DNA from: a virus
Lineage: Duplodnaviria > Caudoviricetes
Virus record (IMG/VR): IMGVR_UViG_3300028591_000005
Location: 64,001-128,000 of that record
Length of the DNA stretch: 64,000 nt
Strand: one strand, 5' to 3'
Each line of letters opens with the position of its first letter. Positions within the stretch are counted from its first letter, which is position 1. This document shows, in pieces, positions 1 through 10,213 of this stretch. A program made the translations under genes and the position numbers. A model generated the notes under the pieces. It was given only the letters and a program-made list of their open reading frames with translations. It had not been told where the DNA came from and ran no database searches.

Positions 1-678
1 AATTTCCATTTTTACACCAAAGACATTGGAAAGTTCTGCAATTTTCTTATTTACAATTATCTGTTCTTTGTTTGCGGCGGGTGCTACTTCAAAATAGAAG
101 TCATCGCCAAAAATATCTTTACACCAAAGAACAAAATCAACTATCTGCTGCTTATACTTTGCTTCTGATGCGGCGTCGCCGGTTCTGCGGGATGACTCTA
201 ATCCTAAGATGCATGAACCGAGCTCTCCGCCAATACAAGCGGTTGTTGCAATAAGGTGTCCTGGATTCTCTTTTACAATTCTCTTTAGATCTTCTTTAAG
301 AGTAGGTACTCTTTCAAGACCTCTATCATAATAAGAGTTAAGCCATGCAATAGAAGATAATCTTCTTAACTGACGATGACCTTCCGCATCTTTTGCAATC
401 AAAATAAAGTGATAGTATTTCTGATTAGAACTTCTATCATTTGTTAAATATATTTCATTTCCTAATGCAATTTTAAAATTGGGATGTTCTTCTTTAATTT
501 TCTGTGCATAAATGTTTATTTCAGGATGCGCTGACAATATTTCATGATCGGTAATACAAATACCTTTAAGACCTATTTCAATAGCTCTATCTATTAAATC
601 TTTTGGTTTGTTTATACTATCCAAAATACGAACGTTGCTATAATGAGTATGTGAGTGGATCTCCATTCGAGATTGCAT
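1..678 (-). CDS. dnaE: DNA polymerase III alpha subunit, N-terminal PHP domain (runs off the window)
   Basis: Manual translation from the ATG at 678: MQSRMEIHSHTHYSNVRILDSINKPKDLIDRAIEIGLKGICITDHE...GNEIY...HFILIAKDAEG...TACIGGE. These are PHP motifs (HxHxxYS, ITDH, H-x-ILIAK). The frame is open to position 1 and absent from the ORF track. Confidence 0.9.
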   Translation of the reverse strand, partial: MQSRMEIHSHTHYSNVRILDSINKPKDLIDRAIEIGLKGICITDHEILSAHPEINIYAQKIKEEHPNFKIALGNEIYLTNDRSSNQKYYHFILIAKDAEGHRQLRRLSSIAWLNSYYDRGLERVPTLKEDLKRIVKENPGHLIATTACIGGELGSCILGLESSRRTGDAASEAKYKQQIVDFVLWCKDIFGDDFYFEVAPAANKEQIIVNKKIAELSNVFGVKMEI

Positions 679-682
679 TTTA

Positions 683-1393
683 TTATACCTCAATTTCTTT
701 ATATGTTCTTTTATACCAAATATCATCAAAAGTACTTTTAGAAATTATTGAAGAATAATCTTGATAAACAATAAAAGCAGATTCTTTTTGCTGTCTTATT
801 CGTATATCTTTTATTTGTTCTTCAGTTAAAAGTCTTCTTCCTTTAGCACCATTTGCTTTACCTAATGATTCATTTCTCTTTTTATTTTCTTCTGTATATA
901 CTTCTGGCATAATATTTTGCCAAGTTCTTCCTAGCCAGACTCTGGCAAAACCACTTTCTGTAATTTTATCTTTAAATAATTCATAACATTCTTTTTTAGA
1001 AATTCCTTGATTATATAATTGTCTTATTTTTATTACATCTTCAGTTGTTAATTTTGCTCTTCCATTATTTTCACCAAGACAGTGTCCTTTTATGCTACCA
1101 CCATCTCCACCTAAACTTTCATTATAACCATTAATATAACTATCATAATATTGAATCCAATATTGCTCTCTTTCGCCCGATAGAGAATAATCTTTTAATT
1201 CTTCAATAACTTCGAAAGAAAAATTTTCTAATCCATATTTTCTCATAGCCCTATATAGAGTTTTATCATATTCTTTATGACCTTCTGTAAAAGCTAATCT
1301 TTGATGATCATGCCATCTTCGATCACTATCATTAGTTTTACCAATATAGCATTTTTGATTAATAAGATTAGTAATTTTATATATTCCTTGCAT
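683..1393 (-). CDS. Free-standing GIY-YIG homing endonuclease
   Basis: N-terminal GIYKITN..YIG, followed by C-terminal GENNGRAKLT-type DNA-binding repeats. Confidence 0.88.
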   Translation of the reverse strand: MQGIYKITNLINQKCYIGKTNDSDRRWHDHQRLAFTEGHKEYDKTLYRAMRKYGLENFSFEVIEELKDYSLSGEREQYWIQYYDSYINGYNESLGGDGGSIKGHCLGENNGRAKLTTEDVIKIRQLYNQGISKKECYELFKDKITESGFARVWLGRTWQNIMPEVYTEENKKRNESLGKANGAKGRRLLTEEQIKDIRIRQQKESAFIVYQDYSSIISKSTFDDIWYKRTYKEIEV

Positions 1394-1428
1394 TTAAAAC
1401 CTCCTTTAAGTATCTTTCTTTTCATATG

Positions 1429-1467
1429 ATTTGAAAAATACTCAAAGATAATTATAAAACTTTGACC
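1429..1467 (-). promoter_or_regulatory. Putative phage-specific promoter motif GGNCAA-N29-AWAT (representative copy)
   Basis: The same spacing recurs at 18027-18065, 25002-25040, 28100-28138, 34198-34236, 38278-38316, 53688-53726, 60037-60075 and 61308-61346. Confidence 0.55.
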
Positions 1468-1577
1468 TTTATTTTATATAAATATTATATCATATTTTTT
1501 AAAAAATGTCAAATTTAATAAGGGAGAGCCAAAACTCTCCCATTAAAGAGGTGAAAACTTATGAATTATTAAATAAT

Positions 1578-1829
1578 TTAAAGATCTTTTATTTCTTCAT
1601 CAATTTCTTTTATTCGTTTAGTAATTACCTGCTTAATAGCAGATTTTAATTCTTCTTGTGTCTTTTTATCAAAAGAGATAAAAGAGATTTCTCCAACGCT
1701 ATTATAAAAAAATGATAATTTTTTTAAACGGATATGGGGATATGGATAACCAAATATTCTATCTAAAAAACATAATTTATCTTTTGATTCTAACAAATCT
1801 GTTGCTTTTTTATAATTTTCAATTTTCAT
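1578..1829 (-). CDS. Hypothetical protein
   Basis: Tightly coupled minus-strand ORF in the operon. Confidence 0.65.
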   Translation of the reverse strand: MKIENYKKATDLLESKDKLCFLDRIFGYPYPHIRLKKLSFFYNSVGEISFISFDKKTQEELKSAIKQVITKRIKEIDEEIKDL

Positions 1830-2269
1830 TTATTCTCCTTAATTGGATATTCCAATTCTTTACAATTAAAAAATCTTTGTAAAACTCCTCTTTCGCTACA
1901 TAAATTTTTAGGTGTTTCATAAACTATCAAAACAATAGTATCAGCATTAAATTTATTACAGCAATACTCAAATGCTTTTAAAGTTTTTTCTTTGTCAACA
2001 AGAGTATTGAGTAAATGTTCATATTCAATCATTGTAGGACATGCGGGAGCCAGCTCTCGGTGTTCACAGGGACATCCACATGTTCCATGGAGCTGAACTA
2101 TAAGCGGTTCATAGCGGAGCCCGCATACGATTCCTCTTTTGTCAATATAATATTCTTGACCTTCGGGAGGACGATACCATATTGGGTCACTTATACAAGT
2201 AGACACAGGAATCATATTTTTTGTAAAATTTCTTATTTGATAGAAATAACTTGTTTTAATATTTATCAT
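1826..2269 (-). CDS. Hypothetical protein, DUF488-like
   Basis: N-terminal KTSYF and C-terminal LIVYETPKNLCSER resemble the DUF488 LLCYE..CHR motif. Confidence 0.45.
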   Translation of the reverse strand: MINIKTSYFYQIRNFTKNMIPVSTCISDPIWYRPPEGQEYYIDKRGIVCGLRYEPLIVQLHGTCGCPCEHRELAPACPTMIEYEHLLNTLVDKEKTLKAFEYCCNKFNADTIVLIVYETPKNLCSERGVLQRFFNCKELEYPIKENK

Positions 2270-2606
2270 TGTATTTTAAAAATATATCATAATTAAGCCA
2301 ATATTTTTCATCATGTTCTTTAATTTTATTTATATCTGTATACCAATCAGCTGCGGATATAAATAAAAAATCTCCAATTGTTTTAACACATCTATCATCA
2401 TATAAAAGAGCAATACAAGCAGCTCCTTTTAATTCTTTAATATCCTTTATTTTCAATATATTAAAAAGTTTATCAATATCTTCAGGATATACTGGAAAAA
2501 GACAACCTCCACTATTAAGTTTTAATTCAAGATCTAATTCAACAATATCATTTTCATTTTTGCGTAGCCACCAATTTTCTATTCTTGCATTAACTATATT
2601 TGTCAT
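2256..2606 (-). CDS. Hypothetical protein
   Basis: Overlapping start/stop in the operon. Confidence 0.6.
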   Translation of the reverse strand: MTNIVNARIENWWLRKNENDIVELDLELKLNSGGCLFPVYPEDIDKLFNILKIKDIKELKGAACIALLYDDRCVKTIGDFLFISAADWYTDINKIKEHDEKYWLNYDIFLKYNDKY

Positions 2607-2844
2607 CTTAACTGAACCTCTCCAAGATTTAAATCATCATCTCTAAATATTTTATATCCATTAAATAAGGCGATACATTTATTAGGTTCATTTTTAGAAA
2701 TTTGTTGAAAATTTTTACTTAAAGAATATATAGTATCATTACTCATAATAAGAATAGGTTCATGTAAATAATGATATTTAAATTCTTCACATTTAGATTC
2801 TAAATTATTAATATTTATTGTAATAGGTAATTTTACTGTAATCA

Positions 2845-3063
2845 TTATATGTTCCTTCCCTGGTTTATTCCAGTTATTATACATAATATAAGCCAAATAC
2901 CTGTAGAATATTTCCAAGAAAACTCCCAATTAAAGCATAGAGTTATAAGTTTTATAATACCACAAGTAGTTATCCAACTAAAAGCAAGAAATACAATCAT
3001 AGCAAGGATAAAAACAAGTCCATATATCCAAGCACTTTTTCCATTTTTTCTAATTTCACCCAT
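2845..3063 (-). CDS. Small two-TM membrane protein
   Basis: Two hydrophobic segments. Confidence 0.55.
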   Translation of the reverse strand: MGEIRKNGKSAWIYGLVFILAMIVFLAFSWITTCGIIKLITLCFNWEFSWKYSTGIWLILCIITGINQGRNI

Positions 3064-3068
3064 AATTT

Positions 3069-3308
3069 TTACCCTATAAAATCTTTTAACTCCTGCTCTC
3101 CAAAGTTATTATATTTAATCTTTTTAATAGCGACTCTAGATGCGCTTCCAATATTAATTTTCTTTTCAACAGAAGCATTAATATATTTGAAAAAGGCAAG
3201 AATAAAGAATTTATAATCATAATAAAATTCTCTGCCAAGTATTCCATTTACAACTACACTGTACTTAGGATTTTTACACATTCTCTCTATCGCCCATTCG
3301 TCTCTCAT
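3069..3308 (-). CDS. Hypothetical protein
   Basis: Operon context. Confidence 0.55.
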   Translation of the reverse strand: MRDEWAIERMCKNPKYSVVVNGILGREFYYDYKFFILAFFKYINASVEKKINIGSASRVAIKKIKYNNFGEQELKDFIG

Positions 3309-3894
3309 TTTTATTCACCCCTTCTTTTAAGCTATGTTCTGTTTGATAATCTATTGTTAATCTATGATAATTTTCTACTTTTGCTAACATTCCAGTTTCA
3401 ATTAATCTACCTAAATTTGCGGGGTAGTATTTTACAACATTTGCTGCAAAATTTATATGTGTCACTTTATTACATCTTTCAGTTAAATGAAAATTAGGTC
3501 CTCCATGTTGATGTCCATGAAGATTTATACAAAAATCTTCAAGTCCAAATATTGGTTCATGACTTAAAAGAATCCTATCTGCAATAAAAAGTGGACCATT
3601 ATATATTTCATCAAAATGAGATGCAACTTTACTTAATACATCATGATTACCAGTAATAAGTACTTTGTAGCATTTAAGCTCATCAAGATATTCTGCATTA
3701 CCCACGTCACCTAAATGAATAAGAGTATCTCCTTTATGAACGAAACTTTTAATAAGTTCCATATGCTCCTGTGGAGATATCCACTCAGGATCCATGAGTT
3801 TACAATCAGAATCGTCAAAATGAGTATCTGATACAATCCACACAGAACCTGTTGCAGACCATCTTTGAAATTGTGGGTAAAGTGTTCTTATCAT
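3274..3894 (-). CDS. Calcineurin-like metallophosphoesterase
   Basis: SDTHF, LGDVG, GNHD, SHEP and HGHQH motifs. Confidence 0.88.
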   Translation of the reverse strand: MIRTLYPQFQRWSATGSVWIVSDTHFDDSDCKLMDPEWISPQEHMELIKSFVHKGDTLIHLGDVGNAEYLDELKCYKVLITGNHDVLSKVASHFDEIYNGPLFIADRILLSHEPIFGLEDFCINLHGHQHGGPNFHLTERCNKVTHINFAANVVKYYPANLGRLIETGMLAKVENYHRLTIDYQTEHSLKEGVNKNERRMGDRENV

Positions 3895-3922
3895 TTTTTA
3901 ATTCCTTTTTTATTATATAAAT

Positions 3923-3951
3923 ATTATAATATATTTTTTAAAAATTGTCAA
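3923..3951 (-). promoter_or_regulatory. Sigma-A type promoter TTGACA-17-TATAAT (one of about 20 near-consensus copies)
   Basis: Near-consensus copies also lie near 5480-5506, 12440-12468, 14660-14690, 15105-15133, 17860-17888, 17950-17978, 18610-18640, 20840-20868, 21680-21709, 28708-28737, 37200-37230, 40025-40053, 44750-44780, 57926-57955, 58211-58241, 61260-61290, 61667-61696 and 63358-63387, usually with an extended TG. Confidence 0.8.
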
Positions 3952-3983
3952 ACTACCTCATTATGACAAGCTTCTCTGATGCA

Positions 3984-4232
3984 TTATATTAAATAAAATT
4001 CTGCTTTTCCTATATTAGCGCAAGACTTAAAACGTTCGGCAATTGCTTCTCGTCCCCAAGCACTTTTAGTAAATTCTGCATCACAATAAACTATGTTAAA
4101 TCTTTGACCTAAAAATATTGAAGTTGATTTAGGATTATATTTAGCTATTACAATTCTAAATCTATTATTGTTAATTTCTTTCCATTCATTCTCACCTTCT
4201 GTATATAATATATAAAGAATATTTTCTATCAT
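3984..4232 (-). CDS. Hypothetical protein
   Basis: GAGG Shine-Dalgarno upstream. Confidence 0.6.
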   Translation of the reverse strand: MIENILYILYTEGENEWKEINNNRFRIVIAKYNPKSTSIFLGQRFNIVYCDAEFTKSAWGREAIAERFKSCANIGKAEFYLI

Positions 4233-4258
4233 TATTTATTTCCTCTTTTTATAATAAA

Positions 4259-5443
4259 TTACCTCATTATAACAAGCTTCTCTGACGCACGAGTAGCAGC
4301 TGTATATAGCCAACGCTGGTGTTCATCTTTTACAAACGGAAATTGTTCTTCTACAACCAAAACCTTATCCCACTCACTGCCTTGAGATTTGTGGCACGTA
4401 ATCGCGTATCCATATGTAAAAGCTCTAGGTGTAATATCTCCAATACGCATCTTAAGTTTACCAAGAGCATAGGATTCACGCCAATCAAGAAAAGGTTCAC
4501 CTGTTAATATTAAAGTTTTATCCATATCTACTTGAGAGAACTGTTCTCCATCTTCAGATATAAAATCTCCCTTAATAAGTGGGATGCGATGATTTCGCAT
4601 CTTAACATATCGAGGAGCATCTCTAAAAGTTTCAAATGGATTACGAATTATTCCAGTCATACCATTTACCAAGGCAAGTTCTCCAGAATTAGATATATCC
4701 TCCCAATAATTGCGAAGACAAATCATTTTTTCCCCGTCATGTGGCAATGCTCCTTCAAAACCTAATAAACTCCGCATTTGATTATTTATGTTTATCCTTG
4801 TAGCATTGGTAGCGCAGATAATTTGGTCTGCCCATTGAAGATGTCCAGTTACAAGTTCCTGCTTGGGAATAACCATGACCTCTTTACCTTGCATATAAGG
4901 AAGTTCTTCACCATTACGAATCTTCATCGTAAGCTGAATAATCTCAGACTCAGCCGCTTGACGCATAATCTCGTCAAGAAATACATGAGGATGGTCAAGA
5001 AGATCATGGGACTCATTCTTGTCAATCATCGGCAACTGACCAGGATCTCCTAAGAAGATGATAAATACTTTATGACGTAGAAGCATATCTATCATAGACT
5101 TAGGTACCATAGATACCTCATCTACAACTATAATAGTATACTCTAGTACCTGTTTAGGAATACGATAAAATCCACCGCCCGCACGAGGTACACTATCATA
5201 AAGCAATTTATGTAAAGTCATAGCATTTTCATTTCCTTTACGACGAAGCACTTCTGCGGCTTTACCAGTAAATGAAGCATATGCTACTTTTCTTTTGTCA
5301 ACATCAAGGGCTTCAATGATAAATTTAACTAGGGTAGTTTTACCACTACCAGCATACCCGGAAATTACTACATACTTTTCATTATTCTTATGTCTATCTA
5401 ATGCAATTTTAAGACCTTCTTCTTGTTTAGTAGTTAATGTCAT
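4259..5443 (-). CDS. RecD/Dda-like SF1B DNA helicase
   Basis: GYAGSGKT, DEVSM, GDPGQL, YAITCHKSQGSEW and YTAATRA motifs. Confidence 0.92.
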   Translation of the reverse strand: MTLTTKQEEGLKIALDRHKNNEKYVVISGYAGSGKTTLVKFIIEALDVDKRKVAYASFTGKAAEVLRRKGNENAMTLHKLLYDSVPRAGGGFYRIPKQVLEYTIIVVDEVSMVPKSMIDMLLRHKVFIIFLGDPGQLPMIDKNESHDLLDHPHVFLDEIMRQAAESEIIQLTMKIRNGEELPYMQGKEVMVIPKQELVTGHLQWADQIICATNATRININNQMRSLLGFEGALPHDGEKMICLRNYWEDISNSGELALVNGMTGIIRNPFETFRDAPRYVKMRNHRIPLIKGDFISEDGEQFSQVDMDKTLILTGEPFLDWRESYALGKLKMRIGDITPRAFTYGYAITCHKSQGSEWDKVLVVEEQFPFVKDEHQRWLYTAATRASEKLVIMR

Positions 5444-5517
5444 TTTTAATATCCTCTTCCATTTTTCTTACATAAATATTATATCATAATTTTTATAAAA
5501 AGTCAAAAAGGGAGACC

Positions 5518-6318
5518 TTAGTCTCCCTTTAAAACTATATCTAACAATTCTTCTGACAAATATCTCTCAAGAATTTTTAAATTATCCTGTCCAGTTCCTT
5601 TAAAGAATTCTTCTGCCACACCTCCGCCAATAGCACCAAGTGTATCCATATCACAAGGAAGTGACATTACATTTCTCATAAAACCTTCCCAATTATTTGA
5701 CTCAAGGAAACATCTCATGGCGGGAGCTACTGAACCTTGACAAGTAACATCCCATTTATAGATATCTCTCATTTCACTCAAGTCTAATGAAATAGGATAT
5801 TTATATTTATCTATATTACTGTAAAATCTTTTTATATAATCAAAGATTTCTACTTTTGTTTTTCCATGCTTTGCCGCCCATACACAAACTGCGGTAACGC
5901 ATGCTCCTTTGATTCCTTCAGGGTGGTTATGCGTCACCATTGCAGAGCGTTTAGTTTGCTCAACAACATCATTTATATCATCATAATATTCGCCAATAAA
6001 AGAGCATCGCATAGCAGAACCATTGCCAAAGGATCCATAAGGTTGAGGTTTTGGAGACTGAAGCCATTCTTTAAATTTAGGACCGTAGCCTGAAGTGTAT
6101 TTATTTCCAAATTCGTAATAAGCATTAAAAAAATCTGGATTCTTTGGGTTCTTAAGTATTGCATCTTTTGTCGCAATACTTAAGATAGTATCATCAGTAA
6201 ATCTACATTTATCTGTAAAAAGAGGCACATTCTGCCAGTCTAAATCTATTGGACGCATACGAGAAAACTCATATTGAGAACCGCTTATATCACCGAGTAT
6301 CGCTCCTATTAATGCCAT
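5518..6318 (-). CDS. ADP-ribosylglycohydrolase (DraG/ARH family)
   Basis: GAILGD, FTDDT, SFGNGSAMR, THNHPEG and DMDTLGAI motifs. Confidence 0.92.
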   Translation of the reverse strand: MALIGAILGDISGSQYEFSRMRPIDLDWQNVPLFTDKCRFTDDTILSIATKDAILKNPKNPDFFNAYYEFGNKYTSGYGPKFKEWLQSPKPQPYGSFGNGSAMRCSFIGEYYDDINDVVEQTKRSAMVTHNHPEGIKGACVTAVCVWAAKHGKTKVEIFDYIKRFYSNIDKYKYPISLDLSEMRDIYKWDVTCQGSVAPAMRCFLESNNWEGFMRNVMSLPCDMDTLGAIGGGVAEEFFKGTGQDNLKILERYLSEELLDIVLKGD

Positions 6319-6514
6319 TTTGTTCCTCCCATATTTTAATTCCTTTTGCTATTTCTTCTGCTGAATTTACTTGAACACGAGACCAATCTGCATTAAGGAT
6401 AGCTTCATCCATGCACATTTCTATCATGTTCCATAATTCTTCTTCCCAATCTTCATCCTTAATCATCTCTGGTTTAGGATGTTCTTCGAAATAAGTACTA
6501 TCTAAATATACCAT
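6290..6514 (-). CDS. Hypothetical acidic protein
   Basis: Operon context. Confidence 0.55.
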   Translation of the reverse strand: MVYLDSTYFEEHPKPEMIKDEDWEEELWNMIEMCMDEAILNADWSRVQVNSAEEIAKGIKIWEEQNGINRSDTR

Positions 6515-6571
6515 ATTAAAATCCCCATTGACTTAATATATCTTAAGAGGAAGGTTTTTAATCTTCCTTTT

Positions 6572-7261
6572 TTAATCTTCTATATATTTCCAATGATATC
6601 CACCAGATGTTTGGTATATTCCTCTGCAAGCAGATGCAATATTTTGATGTTTAATTCCTAATTCTTGTTCTGCTTGTCTGGTTGATTCAAAAATTTTATT
6701 TAATTCTATACAAAAACATTTTTTACCTCTGCCATGTTTTTGATAATTAGGATTTTTATCTCCTTGCATATCTAAGCTATGTTGATGTTTCCATTCTTCT
6801 GTATGAATATGTCCTTTAAAAAGACTTTCTTGATTTTTCATTCTATCACTTAATTCTTCTTTAAATTTTTTACCATCTGCTGTTTTATACCATTCTTTTT
6901 TTATTTTACTTTGTTTAGTCTTCCATTCTTCAGAAGGAGTCCATCCGGACAAGCCATCTCCGCCTTCTGTATAATTATAATTATCCTTATCTTCGTAAGC
7001 ATTATAGTATTTTATCCAATATTTTTCTTTTTCATTAATAACTTTATCATAAATATTAAGAGGTACTTCTTCAATAATTTCAAAAGTAAAATTTTCTATT
7101 CCATATTGTCGAATACTATTATATAAATGTCTTTTATTTTCAATGTCATTTTTTGCAATACTTTTATGATGACTCCATCTATGCTCAATATTTTTTGCTT
7201 TGCCTATATATAAATTATGAGTAATTATATTTTCAATTTTATAAATACCAGCATGACTCAT
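6572..7261 (-). CDS. GIY-YIG homing endonuclease with NUMOD3/NUMOD1-like repeats
   Basis: GIYKIEN..YIG, HTEEWK, GDKNPNY and a C-terminal IASACRG..TSGGYHWKY. Confidence 0.88.
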   Translation of the reverse strand: MSHAGIYKIENIITHNLYIGKAKNIEHRWSHHKSIAKNDIENKRHLYNSIRQYGIENFTFEIIEEVPLNIYDKVINEKEKYWIKYYNAYEDKDNYNYTEGGDGLSGWTPSEEWKTKQSKIKKEWYKTADGKKFKEELSDRMKNQESLFKGHIHTEEWKHQHSLDMQGDKNPNYQKHGRGKKCFCIELNKIFESTRQAEQELGIKHQNIASACRGIYQTSGGYHWKYIED

Positions 7262-7265
7262 TTAA

Positions 7266-9074
7266 TTAGAACCCCCATAATGTAAGTATATTTTCATCAT
7301 CTTTAATAACTTCATAATCAACCATAATTAGTTGAGGAGTTTTTTGAAAATTATAATCATTTACTACACATTTACATACTGCATTAATTTTACAAGGTTT
7401 AGATTGGAACATTTCAATCTCTTCATCTGTTCCACCAAACTGAATAATATCTGCCTTAGGTCCACAATACTTTAAAGTATTTGATTTCATTACTTTAAAA
7501 GTGTCATTATTTACAGGAATATTCTTTATATAAACATATGAGCGACCTATATTTTGTCCCCAGTAATCATTCATATCTGCAATTTCAAGAATTTTATCTC
7601 CATCTATTGAATTATAGTCCCAAACATAATCTACATAATAACTAGGTTCAGAAGAAAGATTTTCAAATACTTCATCAGTATAATCAATAAATTGATATAT
7701 ATATTCTCCTGCAACTTCTTCGCAACCCGGCAAATCATATCCTAGACCGAGACCAAATGCACCTTGATGTCCTTCTGCGAAAATACAACCGGGGGCCATC
7801 GCGCATATATCTTTAAACATCATATCCGCACCATATCCACGAGCAGAACCTTGATAAGAGATTCTTCCCTCATTATCAACTACTTTTGTTAAGATAGCAA
7901 CAGGACGCTGATACTTAGACATAAATTTATTCGCAATAAGTCCGGCGATATTTTTATCTACCTCTCCAGGTTCAAGTAAAAATAAAAGTACTTTATGATC
8001 CATCATATTATTCTTTTTAATCAAACCCTCAAGATGCTCAAGACCGGCCTCTTCCGCGCGAGTTTGTCTATTTTTAACATTCGTACAAGTTCTAATAGCT
8101 TGATCTACTCTTCGCTCTTGTTCACCTAATTTATGTCCACGTTTATTTGAAGGTATCATTTCAAATGCTTTAAATTGAAGCATAGATTGGAAGATTAATT
8201 CTTTCTCTTCTATTGTTCCGCTTCTTACAATAGCATTAACAAAAGGAACAATAAAAAATGCAGCGCCCATAGGTGAGAACTGAAGTCCATTAATATCAGA
8301 TGGTTTATAGTCTGCTTTTGACAATGGAAAACTATTCTTTTGAGCCATTTCATATATAAAAGGATTTTTAATATTTTTTTCTTTAAATCCTTCAAAAATC
8401 AAAGTTTTTGTTTCTATAGATGTCATTGACATCATATCACCCATGTTACCGAGAGCAACAAGGTCAAGATAATTATTGGCATAATTATTTCCGCCAATTG
8501 AGTCAAGATACCTACAAAATTGCCATGTAACACCAACTCCAGAAAGTTCCTTATTAGGGTAAGTTGAAAGTTGATTATTAATAACAATAGCATCTGATGA
8601 GATATGATCAGCTTCATGGTGATCAAGAACTAGTATATCAATTCCTTTTTTGTTGAGGGAATGGTGTTCATCATAATCGTTACTTGATGAATCAGGAAGA
8701 ATGACCATTTTATATGCTTCTGCGGTAGTTATGCAGTCATGGAGTCCATGGGCCTTATCATCATGAAGAAACCAATGAATATGATTTTCTACAAAAGAAG
8801 GAAAACAATCATGAAGATAGTTAATAAGAAGTGCGGAACTAGTAAATCCATCGCAGTCTGCATCAACTACTATTAATATATCATCATTCGCGGCAACATG
8901 GTTTATAAGCATCCTAGCACCTAAATTAAGAAATCCAGAACCTAATGCTGTAGGATCATTTACATCTGCCATTGTTGACTCTAAATATTTCTTTATATCT
9001 TTAATACCCCTATTATGAAGAACTTGGACAAGGGCTGAATTATATGTTGGTTGTTCTATTAAATGTGCTTTCAT
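7266..9074 (-). CDS. recJ: ssDNA exonuclease RecJ (DHH family)
   Basis: DADCDGFTS, LDHH, GSARG and GHQGAFG motifs. Confidence 0.9.
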   Translation of the reverse strand: MKAHLIEQPTYNSALVQVLHNRGIKDIKKYLESTMADVNDPTALGSGFLNLGARMLINHVAANDDILIVVDADCDGFTSSALLINYLHDCFPSFVENHIHWFLHDDKAHGLHDCITTAEAYKMVILPDSSSNDYDEHHSLNKKGIDILVLDHHEADHISSDAIVINNQLSTYPNKELSGVGVTWQFCRYLDSIGGNNYANNYLDLVALGNMGDMMSMTSIETKTLIFEGFKEKNIKNPFIYEMAQKNSFPLSKADYKPSDINGLQFSPMGAAFFIVPFVNAIVRSGTIEEKELIFQSMLQFKAFEMIPSNKRGHKLGEQERRVDQAIRTCTNVKNRQTRAEEAGLEHLEGLIKKNNMMDHKVLLFLLEPGEVDKNIAGLIANKFMSKYQRPVAILTKVVDNEGRISYQGSARGYGADMMFKDICAMAPGCIFAEGHQGAFGLGLGYDLPGCEEVAGEYIYQFIDYTDEVFENLSSEPSYYVDYVWDYNSIDGDKILEIADMNDYWGQNIGRSYVYIKNIPVNNDTFKVMKSNTLKYCGPKADIIQFGGTDEEIEMFQSKPCKINAVCKCVVNDYNFQKTPQLIMVDYEVIKDDENILTLWGF

Positions 9075-10174
9075 TAATAAATACTCACTCTCTTTTTAAA
9101 TAATTCTAAAAATATATCTTTACCACAATCAGTTGGAGATGACTTGAATCCAGTCAATCCTTCTTTATCCCAGATAAAAGATATTGTTACATAGCTACCA
9201 TATTTCTTATATATATTTTTTAAATTCTTTATTTTCTTCGCAGCATCATCATCATTTACATCTCTGAAATCATGATCTAATCCTACGATAATTTCATCAA
9301 CACCTAAGTTTATAAGAAGCCAAGCTTGATAATTTATAAACGAGCTTCCGCAAATTGCAACTGCTATGTTATTCTCTTGTCCAAACATTGTTGCATATTG
9401 CATAACTGATTTCTCAGATTCAAGAACGATTGCTTTTTTGAATTGTTTTATATGTTCTTGATTTTGATATAATCCATATAAATTAAAAGAAAGAGGATGA
9501 TTATACATTTTCCTTCCTATTTTCATAGGAAGATATTTTCCATATAATTCTGCATTCTCTTGTATAAGAGTTCGTTCTCTTACTCCTACTAATCTACCAT
9601 GCATATCTCTATGTGGAATTACTATGCCTTGATTCTTTGGGTCAAAGCATATTTCATAGTAATCCATGACATCTTGAGATATGTTGTCTTCTATCCATGG
9701 CAAAATTAAAGGATGCGGAAGATTTTTTAAAAATCCATCTTCATATTCTTTTAATTCAACAATTTGAGTTTCTAATTCTATATCTTTAATTCTACCAAAA
9801 TTTTCAATATAAAGCAAGTCTTCATCTCTTGACTGGCTTTGATCAAAATTATTAACAGGATTAAAACCAAAATATTTTGCAACAAAATCTATTGCTTGCG
9901 GGAGCTGGTATTCGCTGCCTAACTCTCGTGCTTTGACTTTTCGAACTAGTTCAAAAATATCAAAGGATTCACCACATTCTGTAAAGCAGTGAAACAAATG
10001 AGAATTATCATAATAATATAACTTATGACTATCACCACCATGACAAATAGTTCTAGATATAAGAATATTATTCTGGATATATGGATCTCCGCCCAACTCC
10101 GCAACCAATTCTTTTACTTGCAGAATATCAAGATTATTTTTTATTTCATCCTTATTGTAATCATAAATTGGCAT
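9074..10174 (-). CDS. DNA primase (zinc finger + TOPRIM)
   Basis: TICHGG..HCFTEC zinc finger, LYG, LESEKS and GLDHD TOPRIM motifs; adjacent to the helicase. Confidence 0.85.
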   Translation of the reverse strand: MPIYDYNKDEIKNNLDILQVKELVAELGGDPYIQNNILISRTICHGGDSHKLYYYDNSHLFHCFTECGESFDIFELVRKVKARELGSEYQLPQAIDFVAKYFGFNPVNNFDQSQSRDEDLLYIENFGRIKDIELETQIVELKEYEDGFLKNLPHPLILPWIEDNISQDVMDYYEICFDPKNQGIVIPHRDMHGRLVGVRERTLIQENAELYGKYLPMKIGRKMYNHPLSFNLYGLYQNQEHIKQFKKAIVLESEKSVMQYATMFGQENNIAVAICGSSFINYQAWLLINLGVDEIIVGLDHDFRDVNDDDAAKKIKNLKNIYKKYGSYVTISFIWDKEGLTGFKSSPTDCGKDIFLELFKKRVSIY

Positions 10175-10213
10175 CTGTAAAGAACTCCTAGTTAACTGTA
10201 GCTAAATAAAAAG

